Positions 57,542-64,000 of a stretch of DNA of 64,000 nt are shown here, in pieces (within the stretch, counting starts at the first letter, position 1; the number at the start of each line of letters is the position of its first letter). Made by a program: the position numbers and the translations under genes. This DNA is from Candidatus Thorarchaeota archaeon (lineage in GTDB: Archaea > Asgardarchaeota > Thorarchaeia > Thorarchaeales > Thorarchaeaceae). The stretch is from assembly GCA_029855935.1 (NCBI GenBank), contig JAGSHN010000031.1, forward strand, positions 32,001 through 96,000, read 5' to 3'. Below the pieces are notes generated by a model that saw only the letters and a program-made list of their open reading frames with translations, made no database searches and was not told the DNA's origin.

Positions 57542-58780
57542 TTGTCAGAAACAAGGCGCCTACTGTTGGAGTTCAAGACGGAACTTGTGAGTAGCCGGGC
57601 AAAGAGAGATAGCAGGATAAGGGAGGAACTGATCAAAGCAATCTCCGATGTTTCTGAGGTGATACGAGAACGAGCACTGATAGCAGCAATAGATCTTGAT
57701 GACCCAACAATTGTGGAACACATCATCAAGAGCATGGACGACCCTGATGACGATGTACGAATTGCAGCCGCCCAGGCACTCGCGTGGTACCGGCAACCTC
57801 GTACCGTTCCGGTCCTCCTAAAGGGCCTGAAGGACCCGAATCCGTGGGTCAGATCGCACTGCGCGGCAGGACTCTCAAAGCTGATGAGCGGACCCATCTG
57901 GGCAAGACTGTCGGAGGACGCTGTTGCCAATCTTGTGGCTGGATTCCCCGACTGGACAGACGAAGAGATCACCCAGTTTATGGAGCGGATTGGCGTCAAT
58001 CCGAAGGCGATCGCTAACTATCTGGAGTGGAGGAGCAAGGGCTTCGATGTCGAGATTGACATGTCAGTGATAGAGGAAATGGAGAGCGGGCCGATTATTC
58101 TGGCAGGTGCAGAGGAGGAGGCCCGACCCTCGCTGTCGAGCCAGCTGGGCGTGCCAATGTCATCTGAAGTTGAGGCAATACTGAGCGAGCTCCCGCGAGA
58201 AGTGCTTGAGAAACTCCCACCCGAGGACTTGGCACGGCTGACGCCCAAGACTGCAAGGGAGCTTGTGGACTCGCTGACCGCGCCAAGCGCGCCCACGCCG
58301 CCAGAGCGGCCAGGGAAGAAGAAAGTGAAGGTGCGCCGCGTCAGGAGGGTCAGGAAAGTCAAGAAGGGGCCGACAAGAGAAGAGCTGATCGCCCAGCTTC
58401 CGCCAGAGGTGAGAGAGGCGATTCCCGAGGAGAAGCTCGATGAACTTGGGGTCGAGGAGTTACAGGCGCTGATTGCTGCACCGCCTCCGGTGGGCGGCAC
58501 GGGGGTAGAAGCGGCCGGAGTGCCAGAGGACGAGATGGTCCCAGAGGCTGAGGCCAAGCCAGTGAAGCGGAAAAGAAAGAAGAAGACCAAGGCGAAGAGC
58601 GCTGCAAAGACCCCTGAGGAGGAGAAAAAGAGGCTTCTCACGGAGAAATTCGGTGCTGATAAGGCCGAGATACTGGTCAAGGTCCCCGATGAGTTGCTTG
58701 GCGACATCCCTGAGGAACAGATCAAGCAGATGGATGTCGACACTCTGAGCGACTTGGTTCGAGCACTTGGTGTGGAATAG
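57542..58780 (+). CDS. HEAT-repeat protein with three C-terminal LP-x-E helical repeats and basic patches
   Basis: DPDDDVRIAAAQAL, DPNPWVRSHCAAGL; LPREVLEKLP, LPPEVREAIP, VPDELLGDIP. Confidence 0.75.
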   Translation: MSETRRLLLEFKTELVSSRAKRDSRIREELIKAISDVSEVIRERALIAAIDLDDPTIVEHIIKSMDDPDDDVRIAAAQALAWYRQPRTVPVLLKGLKDPNPWVRSHCAAGLSKLMSGPIWARLSEDAVANLVAGFPDWTDEEITQFMERIGVNPKAIANYLEWRSKGFDVEIDMSVIEEMESGPIILAGAEEEARPSLSSQLGVPMSSEVEAILSELPREVLEKLPPEDLARLTPKTARELVDSLTAPSAPTPPERPGKKKVKVRRVRRVRKVKKGPTREELIAQLPPEVREAIPEEKLDELGVEELQALIAAPPPVGGTGVEAAGVPEDEMVPEAEAKPVKRKRKKKTKAKSAAKTPEEEKKRLLTEKFGADKAEILVKVPDELLGDIPEEQIKQMDVDTLSDLVRALGVE

Positions 58781-58906
58781 GCTCTATGGCGGGTTGGACA
58801 GGAACAGACTGATATGCTCCTATGCAGAACAACCGATTGTCAGCTGGCAGGGAAAGCTGCAATTGGCCAGCCTGATACACCATAGCCATAGTGGTGGGCG
58901 CGGGAC

Positions 58907-61531
58907 TTGCTCATAGTTCAGGACACCAAAACCAATGATGTCATTCGTATCATCACAGTTGACGCACTCGTGCAGCTCGGCGAGGTCCGGGCAGGCAAAC
59001 ACGTCAGGAGATTCGACCCTCAGAGGCTCTTGGGATATTTCCGTGCGGTCAATGATCACCTGCTCAGCTTCGCGAGCAGGTACGGCGATGCCTATCGGTA
59101 TCTCCCCCTTCGCAACCGCCCGAATCCATCTGCGGCCCCATTGATTGGCGATTTGTATGAGGGTACAACCGATATTGCTCGTAGCTGGCTGGTGGACCTC
59201 TTTCTCGTGGCGCCTCTTGTGAAAGTGGGGGACATTGTACTACCTTCGAACCAGCAGACATCCAACGTACGCCTGGCCAGAAACTGGTGCCTGATGTCAC
59301 AGCACTCGTCACGACTCTACGTCGCTCAAGACCTCCGACAGGGACGGGTAGATGACCCCGGCTGGGTCACCTTTGTGACAGCCTCTGATCTGTCTGGCGG
59401 GCACAGCAGCATCAGTACCCGAGCATTGACCACAGCGATAGAGAGGAACAGTCCGCTCATAGTCTCGCTGAGTGGAACAGAAGACGTCGACACACTACTG
59501 GAATGGCTCGTTAGGCTGAGAGAGGGTCACGCCGACACGCCACGGCTGATGTTTCACATTCGCTCATACGAGGAGTGGGAAGGATCCATCGGGAGACTGC
59601 TCGACATTCCAAAGTCAATGCTGCTGACAAGCGGAGCGACCATCACACGCCTGTCAGAGGTCATCAGATATCTACGTAGGCACGACGGCGGAGACTGGTC
59701 CCGCAGACTCGTCTTCGCAAGCGCCTATCCTGAAACTCAATCGGGTGACAGCATTCCCGAGATCCTGAGTTTTCTGCTGAGCAAGAGCCTTTCAGCGACT
59801 CCACTGGACCTTCACAGAATTCTGGGTGGAAATCTGCTGGGAATGCTACCACCACGGCCCACATTCCTCAGACTTGCGGACTCAAAGGCGTCGGTGGTAA
59901 TGGAAGCCACACTCGGCCGGCTGGGACTACGCGAGATAACGAGATTTCTCAAGGTACTTCTCCGTGGCGACCGTGTGGGCCTAGTCTCAGTGGACTTCAT
60001 GGTGACGAAGGAGGGCCGGGTGTCAACCTCAGATGCTGTGCTGACACTTGCGGACATCTACGAGAGCACAGCAAGGGCCTTCGCCCTGTGCACAGAGAGG
60101 GATGGCACCTTGATAGCCACAGGATGGCGTGGTTCGTTTGAGGAGGTTCTAGAGGAACGGGACGATGACACCTTCAGGACAATAGTACGTTCCACTGCGT
60201 CATCAGAGGCAACAGTGTTCGACTCTCCAGCCCATCTCAACCAGCTCGGAGCGATGCTCGTGCGTTTCCTTGGGCTGTCGGAGGCCAATGCCGTTCTCTC
60301 AGCACTTCACTACAGAGTCAGCGTGCGGCACAGCTCACCAGGCATGGTATTGATGGCACCCGAGGACCTCAGCGCACTCGGAATAGCCAGCGGCGAGAGA
60401 GCAATCATACTTCACAGTGGAACCCGGCAGTGGTGGGGAGGCACTGTCAGAGAACTCAACACGATTCCCAGGCATGAGGTCGGCATAAGTGACAGAGAAG
60501 CGGGCCTCTTCGGCGCGAATGAGGGCACCTCTGTCGATGTCGTTAGATGTCAGATGACACCACAGACATTGGAGGAGCTCGTCATCGGTTTTGAGAGAAG
60601 CGACGGGCACGTATCGATCGAGGATGATGCCTACCTGTACATGCATCATCAGGCAATTCGGCAGCGACTGGAGGGGGCAATGGTTGGCATCGGCACGCGC
60701 CTCAATGTCTTTCCGACCGACACCACGATTAGGGCCTCAGTCATCGCCACTGAGCCGCCGTTGATGCCCGGTCAGCTTGGGAGAGTCACTGAAGAGACCC
60801 GTATCCAGACGGTCCCGGTCCCGCTGCTTCGCGAGATGAACGTGGTCCTATGTATCATCAGCCATGGACATACCAGTGAGGCCACCCTCCCTGTGGAGGA
60901 TCCAATGTCAATAAGACGACGCCTCGAGCCGCTTCAGCAGGTGGTCCCCAGGTTCTCTGAGATAGGCGAGAGGATAGAGCGTACGGTCGACCGCCGCAGC
61001 GCGACCGTCATAGCCGGGTTGCTAATCCTCTCAGCCCTGAGTCAGAACCGTTCGCAGGGACGCTTGGCTCTCATTCGCGGGGGTGAGCGTGTCGAGAGAT
61101 TCGGAATACAGAAAGGGCAGTTGGTGAAGCATTTTGCAGAATTCGAAGATGACCTCTCCACACAGGAGATACTGCACTCAATCGTGGCCTCTATCGTGGA
61201 GTTGGCCGGGGGGCAGGACACCTACTCTCCGGACGAGGACTTGTACCAGGCCATCGCCGAGACCCTCTATGAGATGGGCGATGATATGCCGACAATGGTG
61301 ATCGTACTGTCCGACACGAGGCCCAATCCTAGCGATGATGCCGAGGTGTTCCTCCGTGCCATTGCAACGCACAAGAGATACACGATAGACTGGTTGACGC
61401 TCGGGGCTGAGGAGCAGCCAACGCCGGGAGAACGGCTGATGAAACTGATCAACAGCAGGATATTCGTGCTGGCGCAGCTCTCTGCTCGGGAGATCTTGGC
61501 CTATCTCCTGACCGCGGTACAATACCGATGA
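58907..61531 (+). CDS. Multidomain protein: degenerate amidohydrolase barrel + Cdc48/VAT-N-like + degenerate vWA
   Basis: VDALVQLG, RLVFASAYP, ILGGN; MAPEDLSALGIASGE..ISDREAGLFGANEG.SV; VIVLSD, LTLG. Confidence 0.65.
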   Translation: MLIVQDTKTNDVIRIITVDALVQLGEVRAGKHVRRFDPQRLLGYFRAVNDHLLSFASRYGDAYRYLPLRNRPNPSAAPLIGDLYEGTTDIARSWLVDLFLVAPLVKVGDIVLPSNQQTSNVRLARNWCLMSQHSSRLYVAQDLRQGRVDDPGWVTFVTASDLSGGHSSISTRALTTAIERNSPLIVSLSGTEDVDTLLEWLVRLREGHADTPRLMFHIRSYEEWEGSIGRLLDIPKSMLLTSGATITRLSEVIRYLRRHDGGDWSRRLVFASAYPETQSGDSIPEILSFLLSKSLSATPLDLHRILGGNLLGMLPPRPTFLRLADSKASVVMEATLGRLGLREITRFLKVLLRGDRVGLVSVDFMVTKEGRVSTSDAVLTLADIYESTARAFALCTERDGTLIATGWRGSFEEVLEERDDDTFRTIVRSTASSEATVFDSPAHLNQLGAMLVRFLGLSEANAVLSALHYRVSVRHSSPGMVLMAPEDLSALGIASGERAIILHSGTRQWWGGTVRELNTIPRHEVGISDREAGLFGANEGTSVDVVRCQMTPQTLEELVIGFERSDGHVSIEDDAYLYMHHQAIRQRLEGAMVGIGTRLNVFPTDTTIRASVIATEPPLMPGQLGRVTEETRIQTVPVPLLREMNVVLCIISHGHTSEATLPVEDPMSIRRRLEPLQQVVPRFSEIGERIERTVDRRSATVIAGLLILSALSQNRSQGRLALIRGGERVERFGIQKGQLVKHFAEFEDDLSTQEILHSIVASIVELAGGQDTYSPDEDLYQAIAETLYEMGDDMPTMVIVLSDTRPNPSDDAEVFLRAIATHKRYTIDWLTLGAEEQPTPGERLMKLINSRIFVLAQLSAREILAYLLTAVQYR

Positions 61532-61600
61532 GGACTTGCCAGCAGAATGTGTACCGCATCACATTTTAGTCGGCCTCCGTACTAGGACTAACGAGCACTG

Positions 61601-61978
61601 ATGAACGAGAGCGAGGTTCCTATCGAGTTCCAGTTTGAGGATGGACAGGTATTGAGAGCCGTTCTCGATGTGGTCAGGGCCCCGCAGATTGTTGATGCAA
61701 TCAGGCACAGGCTGCCCCTTGAATCGAGAACAGTCCTTGTGAGAAACGAGATGAAGATACCGCTGGATATTTCGAGGGGGAATCAGAAGCCAACCCACGA
61801 GGTCAAGGCTGGCGACATAGCATATATGCCTCTTGGCGACTCGCTCTGTATCTACCTCGCGGACATGCGCACCTTCAGCCCAGTGAACGTGATTGGAAGA
61901 GTCAGAAGCATCGACAACCTGGATATGCTAAGGCACCTTCGCCGGGGCGCAAGGGTCACGGTGAGGCTGAGCGAATGA
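61601..61978 (+). CDS. Cyclophilin-like fold protein (DUF369-like)
   Basis: GDIAYMPLGDSLCIY, SPVNVIGRV. Confidence 0.8.
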   Translation: MNESEVPIEFQFEDGQVLRAVLDVVRAPQIVDAIRHRLPLESRTVLVRNEMKIPLDISRGNQKPTHEVKAGDIAYMPLGDSLCIYLADMRTFSPVNVIGRVRSIDNLDMLRHLRRGARVTVRLSE

Positions 61979-62080
61979 CGGATCAGACAAGAGAAAAGGT
62001 GGACAGGCACACTTGATCTGTCTGATGAGGTGAAAGATCTCGTAGAGGAATACCATAGTCGCCACACAGAGATGATCGCA

Positions 62081-62632
62081 CTATATCCTTTGCAGCGATC
62101 GCAGGAGCTCTCTTGTCTCCGAAGACTCACGCGGTACTGGGTCAACGACTATACCTGGCTCGTATGTTTCGATGATGACCTCTACGCCTGAGTCGCGTAC
62201 TCGCTTGAAGCCTCTCTTTGACAGGGCACGTACAGTCAGCGTGGTAGTGTCGAATTGTGTCTTCCCCGTCGCCTGCCCCACGGCTGCATCATGCCTGAGC
62301 CGACTTCTCAACATTCTGACCTGTTCTTTCAGCTCGGCAACGCGGACCTGAAGCTCGTTTCTCTCCTCTGTCACGCGCCGCTCGGCCTCAAGCAGCGCCT
62401 CATAGTCCTTCATCGGGACAAACTCCTCGCTTCGATCGATCCAATACACTGTTGTGCCGTCTTGTCGGCGCCTGGTACGTACGAGCCCGAGAGCCCTCAA
62501 TACTGCAATGACATCATAGACTCGCCGCTTGGGGACGCCTATCGTCAGGGCAATAATGTCACTCCGGATGCCCTCGTCCCCGCACTCCTTTATGAGACTG
62601 ATGCACTTCTGGGCCAACTCAACGAGCTTCAC
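62081..62632 (-). CDS. E2F/DP-like winged-helix transcription factor with coiled coil
   Basis: VPKRRVYDVIAVLRALGLV...VYW matches the E2F/DP RRxYD signature; heptad region follows; GAGGTG RBS before GTG 62632. Confidence 0.85.
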   Translation of the reverse strand: MKLVELAQKCISLIKECGDEGIRSDIIALTIGVPKRRVYDVIAVLRALGLVRTRRRQDGTTVYWIDRSEEFVPMKDYEALLEAERRVTEERNELQVRVAELKEQVRMLRSRLRHDAAVGQATGKTQFDTTTLTVRALSKRGFKRVRDSGVEVIIETYEPGIVVDPVPRESSETRELLRSLQRI

Positions 62633-62728
62633 AGTTGCACCTCGGTGGAGAATCCTGCATGATCTCATATGGAGAGAAGGTGGTCCCCCTACTGCCGAAC
62701 TCTGTCTTAAGTGTTTGTATTATCCTGT

Positions 62729-62785
62729 CGATTTTTCGCGGTTCCGATTTTTCGAGAGGCGTATTCGGCCCACTGTGGCGCGAGA
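62729..62785. promoter_or_regulatory. Candidate E2F-like binding sites
   Basis: CGATTTTTCG twice (62729, 62745), the first extending to TTTTTCGCGG; TGGCGCGAGA at 62776. Confidence 0.5.
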
Positions 62786-62863
62786 TAGCAGCACCGACAA
62801 TTTGATAACATACAGTCAGGGGCCGTCAGTTGCTTGAAACGCAACAGAGCGGCGGCGATAGTG

Positions 62864-64000
62864 ATGAAAAGAAAGAGAGTAATCATAATGGGTGCTGCTG
62901 GCCGAGACTTCCACAACTTCAACGTGTACTTTCGTGACAACGAGGAGTACGAAGTTGTGGCCTTCACGGCAGAACAGATCCCCGGAATAGAGGACAGAAT
63001 CTATCCCCCTGAACTCTCCGGAAGACTGTATCCTGAGGGCATCAAGATATACCCTGAGGAGAAACTGCCCGAACTGGTCCAGAAGTATCAGCCAGAGCAG
63101 TGCATTCTTGCGTATTCCGACCTGTCGCACATAACGGTCGGACATAAGATAGCGTGGGTGAACTCCCTAGGCCCCGACATGCGTCTGATGGGGCCGACGA
63201 CAACTATGCTGAAGAGCAAGAAACCGGTCATTGCTGTATGTGCCATCCGGACAGGCTGCGGAAAGAGCCAGACCTCACGCAGAGTCAACAAGATACTCGT
63301 AGATATGGGGCTCAAGCCAGTCAATGTCAGGCATCCCATGCCCTACGACCCGGATCTGACCACACAGATAGCGCAGAGGTTCGAAACACTGGAGGATATG
63401 GACAGGTACCGCTGCACGATTGAAGAGCGGGAGGAGTATGAGCCCATGATAAACATGGGTGTCGTGGTCTATGCTGGGGTGGACTATGCAAAGATCCTTG
63501 AGCAGGCGGAGCAAGAGGCAGACATCATCACATGGGACGGCGGAAACAACGACTTCCCCTTCTACAAGCCCGACCTGCTCATCACGGTCGTCGATCCGCA
63601 CAGGGCCGGTCACGAGGTGACGTATTATCCGGGTGAGACCAATCTCAGGATGGCGGACGTGATCATAATCAATAAGGTCGAAACCGCCGACTATGAGAAC
63701 ATAGAGAAGGTCAGACGGAATATCGAGGCGCTCAACCCCGATGCTGTGGTCATCGACGCAGCCTCACCAGTCCGTGTCGAGGACATAAGCGTCATCAGAG
63801 GCAAGCGTGTGCTCGTCATCGAAGATGGCCCGACAGTGACCCACGGTGAGATGCGGTACGGCGCGGGCTACATTGCCGCTCGCAAGGCTGGTGCCACGAT
63901 TGTTGACCCACGGCCGTATGCGGTGGGCAGCATACGCGACACCTTCGAGAAGTACCGCCATCTTGAGAATGTCCTGCCAGCAATGGGTTACGGTGCCGAG
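62864..64000 (+). CDS. Predicted GTPase / cyclic 2,3-diphosphoglycerate synthetase-like, 3'-truncated
   Basis: MGAAGRDFHNF, RTGCGKSQT, RHPMPY, TIEEREEYE, WDGGNND; absent from ORF track because no stop in window. Confidence 0.85.
   Translation, partial: MKRKRVIIMGAAGRDFHNFNVYFRDNEEYEVVAFTAEQIPGIEDRIYPPELSGRLYPEGIKIYPEEKLPELVQKYQPEQCILAYSDLSHITVGHKIAWVNSLGPDMRLMGPTTTMLKSKKPVIAVCAIRTGCGKSQTSRRVNKILVDMGLKPVNVRHPMPYDPDLTTQIAQRFETLEDMDRYRCTIEEREEYEPMINMGVVVYAGVDYAKILEQAEQEADIITWDGGNNDFPFYKPDLLITVVDPHRAGHEVTYYPGETNLRMADVIIINKVETADYENIEKVRRNIEALNPDAVVIDAASPVRVEDISVIRGKRVLVIEDGPTVTHGEMRYGAGYIAARKAGATIVDPRPYAVGSIRDTFEKYRHLENVLPAMGYGAE

Noticed and set aside
1-64000. tRNA, rRNA, CRISPR array, reverse transcriptase/DGR
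   Set aside because: No T-loop/cloverleaf, regularly spaced repeats or RT motifs seen by eye; the 37-bp repeat is exact rather than adenine-variable.

Overview
Archaeal chromosome window. An Asgard archaeon (probably Thorarchaeia) is inferred from an ESCRT-III gene, an E2F/DP-like gene, a short histone and archaeal TATA promoters. Positions 1 to ~17,750 are the right part of an integrated virus-like element. It has a membrane-rich morphogenesis block (1149-aa spike/adhesin, small TM proteins, mini-M50 protease, P-loop ATPase fused to a PD-(D/E)xK nuclease) and a divergent wHTH/RHH switch on a symmetric promoter. An early/replication operon follows (Zn ribbons, radical SAM, DUF488, D5-like SF3 helicase with embedded iterons, C5 methyltransferase), ending in a frameshift-split tyrosine integrase. 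No head-tail or DJR capsid gene is recognisable in the visible part. The host part (17.8-64 kb) carries wecB, a 56-aa histone missed by the ORF track, surE, a chelatase gene with an A9 -1 frameshift giving a membrane-anchored ChlD-like form, and a stand-alone ESCRT-III. It also has three promoter-driven CU-rich stem-loop sRNA candidates, a presenilin-like protease, a scattered peptide ABC transporter with two gene-converted inverted dppC paralogues, a LipS1/LipS2 lipoate cluster, a Cdc48N-vWA multidomain protein, and an E2F/DP-like gene preceded by E2F-like DNA motifs. No tRNA, rRNA or CRISPR array was seen. All family calls come from motif recognition by eye; no database search was run.
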